A stretch of 55,062 nucleotides of DNA from Kiritimatiellia bacterium (GCA_045630425.1 JAZQTB010000051.1:1-55062); one strand, 5' to 3'; positions 29,110 through 39,005 are shown, counted from the first letter of the stretch. The notes: generated from the letters alone by a model not told the origin. Translations and numbers: made by a program.

Positions 29110-30075
29110 TCACGATTTGGAAATCCGGACTCGGGGGTCGAGAAAGGCGTAAAGAACGTCGGTCGCGAGATTGACGATCTGATATGCCAGCGCGCCGAGA
29201 ACGACAACGGCGCGGACAACGGCCAGATCGGCGGAATGGATCGCGTTTATCGACACAGATCCGAGACCGGGGATGCCGAAGAAACTCTCCAAAAGAAGCG
29301 AGCCGGTGAACAGATACGGTATCGAAAGCGAAATGTACGTGACGACCGGAATCAGAGCGTTGCGCAGAACGTGTCGCGTCATCACGACGAAGCGGGAGAG
29401 GCCCTTCGAGCGGGCCGTGAGGACGTAAGGCTTGTAAATCTCGTCGAGAATCGCGGTGCGGTAGAACCGCACGTCCATGCCGAACGAGCTCAGCACTCCT
29501 ATCATCACGGGCAGAACGGCGTATTCCGCCGATCCGTACCCCCATACGGGGAACCATCCGGCCTTGAACGCGAGAAAGAACTGCCCCAAGAGCACCCAGA
29601 CGACATAGTTGACGCTCATGAGCGCGGCGGAGACGAACAGTATCACCCTGTCGGGCGCACGTCCCCGGTACGCCGCCGAGAGCGTCGCGAAAAAAAGCGC
29701 AAGCACGGATCCGAAGACGAGTATCGGCACAGTCAGCGAAAGAGACGGCCCCACTCCGCGTTTGAGGACGTCCTTCACCGGCTCGTTCATCTTCGCGGAA
29801 TAACCGAGATCCCCCGTCGCTACGCTTTTGACGAACGAGAAGAACTGACTGTCGAAAACGCTGTCTTCGCCGAAGATAAGCGGCTTATCGTAGCCGTACC
29901 GGCGGTTGAACGCCCTTATGCTCTCCTCGCTCGCGCCCTTTCCGAGTATCGTCAGCGCGGGCGAATCGCCGATGACGACGTTGAACAGAAGGAACGTCAC
30001 GAGAAGGATCCCCAGCGTCGTCGGGATCGACTCGAGAAATCTGCGGAGAACGTATCTGAGCATCTCTTGGATCAT
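29110..30075 (-). CDS. Oligopeptide/dipeptide ABC transporter permease (OppB/DppB)
   Basis: MLRYVLRR, GDLGYS, YVLTARSKGL (EAA loop), HVLRNA and LDPRV motifs; real start is about 30075/30063, not 31029. Confidence 0.9.
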   Translation of the reverse strand: MIQEMLRYVLRRFLESIPTTLGILLVTFLLFNVVIGDSPALTILGKGASEESIRAFNRRYGYDKPLIFGEDSVFDSQFFSFVKSVATGDLGYSAKMNEPVKDVLKRGVGPSLSLTVPILVFGSVLALFFATLSAAYRGRAPDRVILFVSAALMSVNYVVWVLLGQFFLAFKAGWFPVWGYGSAEYAVLPVMIGVLSSFGMDVRFYRTAILDEIYKPYVLTARSKGLSRFVVMTRHVLRNALIPVVTYISLSIPYLFTGSLLLESFFGIPGLGSVSINAIHSADLAVVRAVVVLGALAYQIVNLATDVLYAFLDPRVRISKS

Positions 30076-32030
30076 CAGAGCGCGATCGCCGCGGCAAGGC
30101 ATCGCGCGACTTCGGCCGGATCGCACCGGTCGAGACGTTCGAGTATCTTGGCCCAGCGGTACGAACCCGAACCGGCGACGTCGAACGGACGGCTCACGAA
30201 CAGATTGTCGAACGCGCGGCGGTGGGAGCGGTACTTCTGCCGGACCGAGGCGAGAGTCTTCTCGAAACTGCCCACGTACGCCGACGTGAACGCGCCGGGA
30301 TCCTGCACGAGCGGAAGGCGCCTGCGCACGACGTTCGCGTAGGGCGCGACGGACTCCTCGAAGGAATGCTGGTAGTTCACGAAGCTTCCCGTATGCTCGG
30401 TGACTATGAGACGGAAAGGTATTCCGCTCGAATCGAACTGGAGCACCTCGTAGTTCTTGTCGAAGAGATTCTCTTTCGTTTCGGTGGAACGTCGGCCGAC
30501 GATCATGTCGACGGCGGCGGCCTCGCCCATCAGCTGGGCGAACCTCAACGCGAAGACGGGATTGCGGAATTTGGACGCCGGAATCTTGTCCGACGCCGTG
30601 CCGGAAATGTACGAACGGGCGAAATACGCCGTTCTCACGAGAGTTCCGCGATACTGGTTGTTGCCGTTGTACGGCTCGGTGAACTGCCCGAACCCGACAT
30701 GGGTAGGAAGTTTCATCCCGAGCTGGCGGCACATGAGACGGCGGTCGAGGATGTAATCGGAGTAATCGTTCGATTCTATCATCGCCTGCAGAAGATCCTT
30801 GCCCTCGTCGAGATGCTCCGCGATACCCCACTTCTGGAAACGGAACATGTAGACATGGGCTATCGGAAGCCCGACCTCCTTGCACTGCATTATATAAACG
30901 TTGCCGCGTCTGGAGCCTTGGATCGGATCGCGGGCGAGGGACGAGACGATGCGCCCGACGTTGACGTAATCGATTTCGCTGAAAACGCGGGACAGATTCA
31001 TGATGATGTTCCGCGCGCGCGGATCGCATATCTGGGCGAGCTCGGGGTCGCGCGTGCGGTCGAACTCCTCCCAGAGGGGATCGAATATGATTTCACCGTC
31101 TTCCACGCGGGCTCCTGGCAGCCACTCGATCTGGCGGTAGAACTCGGGCGAAATCCCCTGTATCAGGTCGCCTTCCTTGACGATGGTCTCGTTAGGCCCC
31201 GTCGTCAGGATCTGGCACATCGCGTTGCGCCACTCGACGTTCTCGACCGATTCGTCGCGCAGACCGACCGGCAGCGACGCGCGCCACTCCATGTCGATTC
31301 TGCGGATTTCGGCCTTGAGCTCGTCGGGGGTCATCCTTTCCGTATCGAGGGCCTTTATGCGCTGCTTGATTTCGATCGGCGTCGTCACCGGAAAGAGATC
31401 CAGCTCGGGGCAGCCAATGCGGTTGCGCCGCGAAAGCATCGCCTGAAGCTCCTTTATGTTGGACTTGAGCTTATCGCCGTCGAGAGCAGTGAGCGCGGAG
31501 GACGCGCCGACCGTGATATAGCGCGTTCCCGTGGCGGAGTTGTAATAGTAGATCGGCTCGCCGAGAATCGCGATTTTAGACCGTTCGACGAGAAGCGCCA
31601 TATCCTCGGGCGAAATAGGCGCGCGCGACATGCGCCAGTTCTCGCCGCGCGCCCTGAGCGCGTTGCGGACCTTGGCGGAATGGGTGTTGAGAAAGCGGAT
31701 TTTGCGCTTTGAGACGAACGTCTGGAGCGCCTCGTCGGCGCGGAACGCAAGGTCCATGCGGTCGGGATCGGGGCGGATGAGAACGGCATCGTCGGTAAAA
31801 ATGAGATCGACCGAAAAGGAAAGCTCCTCCTCCTCCTCGGCCGGCGTCAGAGGCGCGAGGCCCGCGGCTTTGCGCTGAGCGTTCATCTCGTCTATCCACA
31901 TCATGCGCTGCATGGCGTGGACGCCCTTTCGGGTCACGAGCCCTGGGGTTTTAAGAAACAGCGTGCCGATGCGCGAAAGAAGTCTCCCTTCCGCATCCCT
32001 GGCGAAAATCGACTCTCCAAGAATTTTCAT
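30075..32030 (-). CDS. Hypothetical protein (~651 aa) with a possible atypical kinase-like C-terminal domain
   Basis: Long ORF with normal codon style, own promoter and 1-nt overlap with the next gene; no family recognised, kinase-like motifs described in findings. Confidence 0.8.
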   Translation of the reverse strand: MKILGESIFARDAEGRLLSRIGTLFLKTPGLVTRKGVHAMQRMMWIDEMNAQRKAAGLAPLTPAEEEEELSFSVDLIFTDDAVLIRPDPDRMDLAFRADEALQTFVSKRKIRFLNTHSAKVRNALRARGENWRMSRAPISPEDMALLVERSKIAILGEPIYYYNSATGTRYITVGASSALTALDGDKLKSNIKELQAMLSRRNRIGCPELDLFPVTTPIEIKQRIKALDTERMTPDELKAEIRRIDMEWRASLPVGLRDESVENVEWRNAMCQILTTGPNETIVKEGDLIQGISPEFYRQIEWLPGARVEDGEIIFDPLWEEFDRTRDPELAQICDPRARNIIMNLSRVFSEIDYVNVGRIVSSLARDPIQGSRRGNVYIMQCKEVGLPIAHVYMFRFQKWGIAEHLDEGKDLLQAMIESNDYSDYILDRRLMCRQLGMKLPTHVGFGQFTEPYNGNNQYRGTLVRTAYFARSYISGTASDKIPASKFRNPVFALRFAQLMGEAAAVDMIVGRRSTETKENLFDKNYEVLQFDSSGIPFRLIVTEHTGSFVNYQHSFEESVAPYANVVRRRLPLVQDPGAFTSAYVGSFEKTLASVRQKYRSHRRAFDNLFVSRPFDVAGSGSYRWAKILERLDRCDPAEVARCLAAAIAL

Positions 32031-32039
32031 AGTGTCCGT

Positions 32040-32048
32040 ATTATACCA
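32040..32048 (-). promoter_or_regulatory. Extended -10 promoter 9 nt upstream of ATG 32030
   Basis: TGGTATAATacggacactATG. Confidence 0.6.
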
Positions 32049-32058
32049 AAATCCACCC

Positions 32059-32622
32059 TCAAACTCCAACCTCCATCTCAATATCGGGCAGCGACTCCTC
32101 CTGCGAGGCGAGAAATTCCCTCGCCATCATAAGCCCGTCGACCGTTTCGAGACCGCCTACCGCTTCGGCCAGCTCGGACCTCGCGACCGAATATTCCTCC
32201 AGACCTTTGCGATGCGTAAAGACAAGTTCAAACTCGCCCGGGAAGTTGAAAAGCGAAACGACCGTCTCGACGAGATCGCCCAGCGGCGGCAGATCTATAT
32301 GGCCCGCCGAAAAAGAATATTCAAGCCTGGTGCCGACGCCCTTCTCGGACTTAAGGCTCACGCTCCCGTCGGTCGCGTCGCAAAGCTGCTTGAGAATCGG
32401 AAGCCCCAGCCCGACCTTGCGCCTGTCGTGCTTGCCCGCCTCGGTGTAAAAGGGGTTGAACGCCCTTTTCAGAACTTCCTCGTCCATACCCTTGCCGTTA
32501 TCGTCGATCGCCACCTTGAAAAACCTGCCGTCCTCCTCGATTACGACAAGAATCCGCGACGCGCCCGCTTCGATGGAATTGTGCGCCGTATCCGCGATGA
32601 CGTCCGACAGTGTCGCGTGCAT
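32059..32622 (-). CDS. Stand-alone HATPase_c (histidine-kinase-like ATPase, no HisKA domain)
   Basis: D..HNSIEAGA, DDNGKGM, PFYT and VGLGLP motifs; type found in [FeFe]-hydrogenase operons. Confidence 0.85.
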   Translation of the reverse strand: MHATLSDVIADTAHNSIEAGASRILVVIEEDGRFFKVAIDDNGKGMDEEVLKRAFNPFYTEAGKHDRRKVGLGLPILKQLCDATDGSVSLKSEKGVGTRLEYSFSAGHIDLPPLGDLVETVVSLFNFPGEFELVFTHRKGLEEYSVARSELAEAVGGLETVDGLMMAREFLASQEESLPDIEMEVGV

Positions 32623-32630
32623 AAAACCTC

Positions 32631-33362
32631 CTAAAATCTCGTAAGGCGCGGCGAAATCGCGCCCGCCTTTGAGGCAAACGCCCTTTTAAGTCCTTCGACC
32701 GAGAACGAATCGAGCTCCGCCTCGGTCCATACGCGCGCGACATCATCGGGATTGTGCGCGTCGGAGCTCCGCGTGACCGCGTACCCGGGAACCCGCTCCC
32801 GCCAGACCGACTCGTCGGCGGTGCGCGAAAACTCCACCGCGTCGAACCCCTCGGCGCCCGAAATCCCGCCCAACTGCGAAAACACCGAAAACGTCGAGCG
32901 GTCGACGTGCGCCGCGATAAAGAGCCCGCCGAGCCCGTGGCACTTCGCCGACACCTCCGGTATCGTTTTGCGGCAGGCCATGGCGAGAATGCGCCATTCC
33001 ATGTCGACGATATCGTCGTCCCACGTTACGACCGGCTGATCGCCGAATACGTCCGGATCGTTGACGCGCTTCGGGAGCGCGGCGTAGACCCACTCGGTCA
33101 TCTCGGCCGCCGCTTCAACGGTATCGAAAAGGCAGAGCGTGTGAACTTCCTCCGCCGTGCAGACCTCGAGCCCGCAAAGGCATCCTATCCCCGCCCTGCG
33201 CGCGCACTCCGCGACCGCAGGGGCGTTGCGCGAGGACTGGTGGTCCGTTATCGCGATTCCGCCCATCCCGGCGGCGGCGGCCCTGGAGACGATCTCCGCG
33301 GGAGACATCTCGAGACTCGCGCACGGCGAAAGGCAGCTGTGGATATGGAGGTCGAACTTCAT
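32631..33362 (-). CDS. PHP domain metallo-phosphoesterase
   Basis: DLHIHSCLSPC, AITDH, EEVH, AHVDR and SSDAH motifs. Confidence 0.9.
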   Translation of the reverse strand: MKFDLHIHSCLSPCASLEMSPAEIVSRAAAAGMGGIAITDHQSSRNAPAVAECARRAGIGCLCGLEVCTAEEVHTLCLFDTVEAAAEMTEWVYAALPKRVNDPDVFGDQPVVTWDDDIVDMEWRILAMACRKTIPEVSAKCHGLGGLFIAAHVDRSTFSVFSQLGGISGAEGFDAVEFSRTADESVWRERVPGYAVTRSSDAHNPDDVARVWTEAELDSFSVEGLKRAFASKAGAISPRLTRF

Positions 33363-33368
33363 TTGGAA

Positions 33369-33698
33369 TCAGCACGGAGGCAGCGACGAAAGCGCGAGCG
33401 CGGCGGCATACTGCGAAAGCCCGGTGACGACGATCGCCACTCCCTCGCGTTTCGCGCCCTCGGCCATATCGGGCGGCACGGGGCGCGAGTGGCAGATCAC
33501 GACGATCGAGCACCCGACGAGCGTGCAGACCGCTATGGTGTTGAGATGGTTCTGGATCGTCACGAGCGCGCAGTCCTCGCCTGCGTGGCCCATCACGTCC
33601 GAGAGCAGATCCCCTACGTAAACGCTCTGCGCCTTCGCGTCTTCGACGTCGACGGCGATTTCGCCGCCGACCTTTTCGCAGACTTCCTTCAGCGTCAT
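33369..33698 (-). CDS. DRTGG/HPrK-N-like small protein
   Basis: MTLKEVCEK...YVGDLLSDVM...VTIQNHLNTIAV; ATGA overlap with the upstream gene. Confidence 0.82.
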   Translation of the reverse strand: MTLKEVCEKVGGEIAVDVEDAKAQSVYVGDLLSDVMGHAGEDCALVTIQNHLNTIAVCTLVGCSIVVICHSRPVPPDMAEGAKREGVAIVVTGLSQYAAALALSSLPPC

Positions 33699-34717
33699 GA
33701 CGCGGCCCCTTCCCCGGTTTTCCCGGGCGCGAGATTGAAGACGCACCTCACGTTGGTGAACTTCCCGATTTCGGACTTTATCTCGAAATCGTCCGCCACG
33801 CGCTTCGAATTCGAAAGCCCCATGCCCGCGCCGAAACCGAGCGAACGGATCCAGTCGTTGGCCGTCGAGGTGCCGTCGCGGCACGCCCATTCGATGTCGG
33901 CGATGCCTGGGCCGCGGTCCTTCGCCGTGATCGTGACGACGTCGTTCGTGATCATCAGAACGAGAACCCCTCCGTGGGAATGTATGCAGATGTTGATTTC
34001 GAGCTCGTACGCGGCGACCGCGATGCGGCGGACGACCGAACGGTCGATCTTGCGCTCGCGCAGAATGCCCTTTATGTCGTTGGCGGCGTGGCCCGCGCGG
34101 GAAAGGTCGTTCCTCACGACGGCCCATTCGCGGCGGAAGTAATTCTCGCTCGCCTCCTTCGACGTTTCGGCGACGCTCTTGGAGGTCTTCCGCTCGAGCT
34201 TGCGGATCTCGACCGAAAGTTCGTAGAGGAGCGCGCGCATCACGTCGCGCTGGGAAATGATGCCTACGAGTTTCCGGTTGGAGTCGAGAACCGGGAAGCG
34301 CCCGTATGTGTAGTTGTTGAAATACCTGAGCGCGAAAGCGATCGGCATGCCCGCCTCGAGAACGACGAGATTCGTCGCCATGTGCCTCTCGCACGGATCG
34401 TCCATCCAGCCGCCGTCGAGACCGCGGATGATGTCGTTAACGGAAACGATTCCGAAAAGCCGCCCGTCTTCGCACACGGGCACGCCCGATATGCGGTTGT
34501 CGCGCATCAGAACCTGAGCCTGGCGCAGAGTCGCACGGCGCGGAATCGTAATCACCTGGCGCTTCATCACGTCGCGCACCTTGAAGCGCTGGAGAAGCTC
34601 CATGATGATGACGCTCGAATCTCCTCCGAGCGCTTTCGCGTCGAGCGGAGACTTGGCCAGAATCTCGTCGTCATTGGTCTTCTGGCCCTGAAGAATCACG
34701 GGATTGTATTCCGCCAT
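33695..34717 (-). CDS. CBS-pair fused to an RsbT-like anti-sigma/Ser-Thr kinase (HATPase)
   Basis: Two CBS repeats (KVRDVM...ISGVPV; RFPVLD...LVGIIS), then AYELEINICIH, DRGPGI and GFGAGMGLSN motifs. Confidence 0.88.
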   Translation of the reverse strand: MAEYNPVILQGQKTNDDEILAKSPLDAKALGGDSSVIIMELLQRFKVRDVMKRQVITIPRRATLRQAQVLMRDNRISGVPVCEDGRLFGIVSVNDIIRGLDGGWMDDPCERHMATNLVVLEAGMPIAFALRYFNNYTYGRFPVLDSNRKLVGIISQRDVMRALLYELSVEIRKLERKTSKSVAETSKEASENYFRREWAVVRNDLSRAGHAANDIKGILRERKIDRSVVRRIAVAAYELEINICIHSHGGVLVLMITNDVVTITAKDRGPGIADIEWACRDGTSTANDWIRSLGFGAGMGLSNSKRVADDFEIKSEIGKFTNVRCVFNLAPGKTGEGAAS

Positions 34718-34746
34718 CGGGGCATCCTTTTTGACGTCGGGGAATT

Positions 34747-35094
34747 TCAGGCGCGCTCTTCGGCGAGAAAAGCGTCGTGGAGTTTCACGCACGCGTCATA
34801 CTTCGACAGCGGACTCGACACGAGCGGGATGCCGAGATCTTCGGAAACCTTGAGCATCGTCTCCGAAAGAGGCTTCGCGTTATGGACGACGACGCCCATC
34901 GCGCCGACGATGTGTGCCGTGCGGATGGCCTGATCGCTCGCGAGCGAAGTCACGAGAAGAATGTCGTCGGCGTCGTGAAGGAGAACGTCGCTCATAAGGT
35001 CGTTGGCCACCACCTCGCCCACGACGCGGGGGCTGGTGCCGTCTCCGGCCACGAGTTTACCGTCGAGAATTTTTACAACATCTGCAATCGTCAT
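34747..35094 (-). CDS. DRTGG domain protein
   Basis: DLMSDVL...LLVTSL...AIRTA pattern. Confidence 0.82.
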   Translation of the reverse strand: MTIADVVKILDGKLVAGDGTSPRVVGEVVANDLMSDVLLHDADDILLVTSLASDQAIRTAHIVGAMGVVVHNAKPLSETMLKVSEDLGIPLVSSPLSKYDACVKLHDAFLAEERA

Positions 35095-35180
35095 TGTTAA
35101 AACCGCCTTTCCGCCCTGCCGGGCTTTTGTACGATTATCTCATAATCCGGCCGAGAAATCAATCTCCCCGACAGATTTCG

Positions 35181-36089
35181 CTATCGGGCCTCTTCGCTCG
35201 ATGACTGTATCGCGACCGTCAACTCGTGCCTTTCGCCGGGTTCGAGCGCCCTGACGGCCTTCGGCCAGGCGGTCACCGGCTCTACGCAGACGAATCTGCG
35301 CCAGTCGTTCTCCTCGAAATCCGCAAGCTTCTCGCCCGGGCCGGGATTCCAGACCACGGCGCTGTCGTTGCCCGTCGACACCATCGCGATCGCGCGCCTG
35401 AGGCCGGGATCGAGGATGGCGTATTCATGCTTGATCTCGTTTTTGAGGGTAAAGACATGGTCCGTCGACGAATCCGCCATAAGATCGCCTTCCTGAACAT
35501 GCTCAGACATGTCGACGGCGTAGACGTACCGGCAACCGTCAAGCCCTCTGACGGAAACGGCGTCGCGCTCCCTGACGAGAAAATACGGATGAAAACCGGC
35601 CGTGAACTCAAACGGCGCTTCCCCCGTATTCACGGTCGTAAGCTTCAGATTGAGCTTCATCGATACGGAAATCCTGACCTCCAGATCGAAATCGTGAGGC
35701 CAGAGACTTTTTGTCTCGGCCGTCGACTTCAGAGCGAGCGTTATCTCCGTCATATCTTCGGAATACTGCGTTGCGCGCACCTCGAAAGGCATGATCTTCG
35801 CGAAACCGTGAGGCGACATTCCCGGTATGGCCAGCCGCCCGAACTGCGGCCAGCATACGGGTATGCCGCCGTGGAACGATTCGCCCCGGTTGTAGTCGCG
35901 CTTCGCGGGACGGAAAACGACCGGCGCGTGGCCCGTCGGCTTGTACGAAAGAACATTCGCCCCCATAAGCGCGATCTCCGCCGTGCCGAACTTGTTTGCG
36001 AGCACCACCTCTGGATAGCCGCAGTGGCCCTGACGGAAAACGATGCGCTCGGGCGCCCCGTAACGTGTGTTCAGTTCATTTATTGTCAT
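35181..36089 (-). CDS. D-hexose-6-phosphate mutarotase (aldose 1-epimerase family)
   Basis: GANVLSY, GGIPVCWPQFG, HGFA, HPYF, VVWNP and FVCVE motifs. Confidence 0.88.
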   Translation of the reverse strand: MTINELNTRYGAPERIVFRQGHCGYPEVVLANKFGTAEIALMGANVLSYKPTGHAPVVFRPAKRDYNRGESFHGGIPVCWPQFGRLAIPGMSPHGFAKIMPFEVRATQYSEDMTEITLALKSTAETKSLWPHDFDLEVRISVSMKLNLKLTTVNTGEAPFEFTAGFHPYFLVRERDAVSVRGLDGCRYVYAVDMSEHVQEGDLMADSSTDHVFTLKNEIKHEYAILDPGLRRAIAMVSTGNDSAVVWNPGPGEKLADFEENDWRRFVCVEPVTAWPKAVRALEPGERHELTVAIQSSSEEAR

Positions 36090-36928
36090 AACGGTATTGT
36101 ATCATATTTTAACTTCAGAAATTCAAGCGCGGTCCCGAAAAAGGATTCCGGAGTAGACGCTCCGCTCGTTACTCCCAGACGGCCGATACCGCCCAGATCG
36201 AGGGCTTTCAGCTCGCCGATGTTCCCGGCCCGGAACGATCTGCAGCGGGCCACGTCGCAGAGGCGGCGGGTATTGGACGAGTTTGAGCTTCCGAGAACGA
36301 GTATCGCTTCCCCGTCAAACGCCTTGACCGCATCCTGACGCTCCTTCGTCGCGTTGCAGACCTCCGCCATGCTTTCGACCTTGAAACGCTTCTTCAAAAC
36401 CGCCACCGTTTCGGCCACGTCGTCGGCGTTCATCGTCGTCTGACTTACGACGCCGACTTTTCTGAAACCGCTCCCGGGAAACGTCAGACGCTCCGCGTCT
36501 GCGGGGGACGAGATGACGATCGCGTCCGGAGCCTCGCCCAAAATCCCTTTTACTTCGGCGTGTGAAGGCTTGCCGACGATGACGACCTGCAATCCGCCTG
36601 CGTGAAAATCCGCGGCGGCCCTGTGCACGCGCGCGACGAACGGGCACGTCGCGTCCTCGATCTTAAGCCCCCTCGCTTCCGCTTCGCGGCGGACGGCCGG
36701 ACTTACTCCGTGAGCCGAAAAAAGCACGGTATCCCCGGCAGGAACTTCGCTTAAGTCCTCTACGAAAACAAAACCGCGGTTCTTCAGTTCGGCGACGACC
36801 GTCTCGTTGTGGACGATTTCGTGAAGACAATAAATACGCTCGCCGCTTATCGCCAGACGGCGAGCCTTTTCAAGCGCGGATTTTACTCCGGCGCAGAAGC
36901 CGTGGGGATTTAAAATCTCAAGCTTCAC
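36086..36928 (-). CDS. ispH: 4-hydroxy-3-methylbut-2-enyl diphosphate reductase
   Basis: GFCAGV, IVHN, SAHG, DATCPFV, SQTT, CNAT..RQ, SSNT and GASTP motifs. Confidence 0.96.
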   Translation of the reverse strand: MKLEILNPHGFCAGVKSALEKARRLAISGERIYCLHEIVHNETVVAELKNRGFVFVEDLSEVPAGDTVLFSAHGVSPAVRREAEARGLKIEDATCPFVARVHRAAADFHAGGLQVVIVGKPSHAEVKGILGEAPDAIVISSPADAERLTFPGSGFRKVGVVSQTTMNADDVAETVAVLKKRFKVESMAEVCNATKERQDAVKAFDGEAILVLGSSNSSNTRRLCDVARCRSFRAGNIGELKALDLGGIGRLGVTSGASTPESFFGTALEFLKLKYDTIPL

Positions 36929-37718
36929 CTTTTTTGGCGCGCTCCCACAGCCCGTCCATTTCCTCGAGCGTCATTTCCTTCAGATCGCGCCCCGCCTCTT
37001 TAGCGCCGGCCTCGACGCAGCGGAAACGCCGCGAGAATTTGGCGCTCGAAAGCTCAAGCGCGCTCTCCGCATCAACCCCAAGATGGCGGGCGAGATTGCA
37101 GACCGCGAAAAGAAGATCGCCCAATTCCTCTTTGACCTTGTCGGAATCGGCGGGCCTTTTGCTCGCGCGAGCGGAGATTTCGGCCTTAAGCTCATCGAGC
37201 TCTTCGGAAATCTTTTCCATCGGCCCTGCGGCGTCCTTCCAGTCAAATCCGACGCGGGAAGCCTTCTCCTGCGTACGCTGAGCCTTCAGGAGGGCCGGCA
37301 GAGCGGCGGGGACTCCGTCGAGCGCGCTGTGACGGGACTCCTTCTTGTGCTCAAGCTGCTTGATCCGCTCCCAGTTCCTGAGAACGCTCGCGGAATCCTT
37401 CGCGTCGACATTTCCGAAAACGTGTGGATGGCGATGGACAAGCTTGTCGGAAACGCCGTTGGCGACATCGTCGAAGGTAAAGCGACCTTCTTCCTCGGCC
37501 ATGACGCTCTGGAACATCACCTGAAGAAGAACGTCTCCCAGCTCCTCGATGTGATTGGCCTTGTCATCCGGCCTGTCCATCGCGGAGAGAAGTTCGTACG
37601 TCTCTTCGAGCACGCAGGGCTTGAGAGACTCTAAAGTCTGCTCCCTATCCCAAGGACAACCCGTCTGCGGATCGCGCAGACGGGTCATTATTTCGTGGAG
37701 TCTTTCTATTCCGGTCAT
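36918..37718 (-). CDS. mazG: Nucleoside triphosphate pyrophosphohydrolase MazG
   Basis: GCPWDREQT, EETYE, EELGDVL, RHPHVF and second EELGDLLF motifs. Confidence 0.95.
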   Translation of the reverse strand: MTGIERLHEIMTRLRDPQTGCPWDREQTLESLKPCVLEETYELLSAMDRPDDKANHIEELGDVLLQVMFQSVMAEEEGRFTFDDVANGVSDKLVHRHPHVFGNVDAKDSASVLRNWERIKQLEHKKESRHSALDGVPAALPALLKAQRTQEKASRVGFDWKDAAGPMEKISEELDELKAEISARASKRPADSDKVKEELGDLLFAVCNLARHLGVDAESALELSSAKFSRRFRCVEAGAKEAGRDLKEMTLEEMDGLWERAKKGEA

Positions 37719-37728
37719 CTTAAAAAAC

Positions 37729-38961
37729 TCACTTGGAAGTGCGTTTTTTGCGGGGATTGGGCTGACCGATCTCCTTAAGCATCTTACGGAAGGAACCCTT
37801 GCGCACGTTGAACGGCTTGCCGCCCTTGATGCGCGGAAATTCGCACGCGCGGATGACGGCGGCCGCGTCCTCGTCGGGACCGACCACGCCGCTCTCGCCG
37901 TTGAGCGCGCACTCGACGGCCTTGCGGGCGCACTTCTCGATAAGCTTGAGATCCTTCTTGTTCGGAGCCGCCGCGCGGGCGAAGTAGCCGGACTTGAAGA
38001 CCTGGACCTTCTCTGCGCCGAGAAGCTCGCCGAAGCGCTTGCCGACGTACTGGCCTACGTTGACCTTGTCGAGACGCGGATGGCCGAAAGCGTCGCGGGG
38101 AACGACCTCGCCGCGCTTCTCCATCTCCTTGATGATGTCGGCGACGCCGGCGCCCTCGGAAACGAAGATGTTGACGCTGTCAAACTCGTCCATGATCTTG
38201 TTGAGGCGCTCGGCTTCGGCCTTGAAGTCGATGCGGGACTCGGGAACGTACACGGCGTGGACGTCCTGACGGCCGAGCGTGAGGTTGAAAGCGGGGAGGA
38301 ACTTCGTGCGGCCCAGCATCTTGCGGTAGTACTGCGCCGTCTTGTACGTGAGCCATCCGCAGTTGCGGCCCATGACCTCGTGGATCGTGAGCGCGCGCGG
38401 ATTGGCGCTGTTCTCCTTGACGACGTTCATGAAGAACTTCGCGCCCTCTTCGGCGGCCGTCCACGCGCCGAGCGACTGCTTGATCGGATAGACGTCGTTG
38501 TCGATCGTCTTGGGAAGGCCGACGACGATGAGAGGATAGTTGTTGGTCGCGAGATAGGCCGCGAGATCGGCGGCCGTCGTGTTGGTGTCGTCGCCGCCGA
38601 TGGTGTGAAGAACGTCGACGCCGTCCTTGACGAGCTGATCGGCCGCGACCTTGAGGGGATCTTCGCCCTCCTTCACGAGACCGCGCTTGACGCAGTCCTT
38701 GACGTTCGTGAGCTTAACGCGGCTGTTGCCGATCGGGGAGCCGCCGTGACGGGTGAGAACGAGCGCGTTCTTGCGGACCTCGTCGGTGACGGGAATCGAC
38801 TCGCCCTTGAGAAGCCCCATATAACCGTTGACGTAACCGATCATCTCGACGTTGGGGTTCTTCTTGTTGTATTCATCGATAAGAAAACCGATCGACGAGC
38901 TGAGGCACGGGGCAAGACCGCCCGCTGTGAGGAACGCAACCTTCTTTACTTCTTTAGCCAC
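37729..38961 (-). CDS. pfp: Pyrophosphate--fructose-6-phosphate 1-phosphotransferase
   Basis: TAGGLAPCLS, GGDDT (PPi-type Asp), PKTIDND and EVMGRNCGWL motifs. Confidence 0.93.
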   Translation of the reverse strand: MAKEVKKVAFLTAGGLAPCLSSSIGFLIDEYNKKNPNVEMIGYVNGYMGLLKGESIPVTDEVRKNALVLTRHGGSPIGNSRVKLTNVKDCVKRGLVKEGEDPLKVAADQLVKDGVDVLHTIGGDDTNTTAADLAAYLATNNYPLIVVGLPKTIDNDVYPIKQSLGAWTAAEEGAKFFMNVVKENSANPRALTIHEVMGRNCGWLTYKTAQYYRKMLGRTKFLPAFNLTLGRQDVHAVYVPESRIDFKAEAERLNKIMDEFDSVNIFVSEGAGVADIIKEMEKRGEVVPRDAFGHPRLDKVNVGQYVGKRFGELLGAEKVQVFKSGYFARAAAPNKKDLKLIEKCARKAVECALNGESGVVGPDEDAAAVIRACEFPRIKGGKPFNVRKGSFRKMLKEIGQPNPRKKRTSK

Positions 38962-39005
38962 TTTGTTTCTCTCTTTCTTTTATTGTTTCAGATTGTCGTA
39001 ATTCT

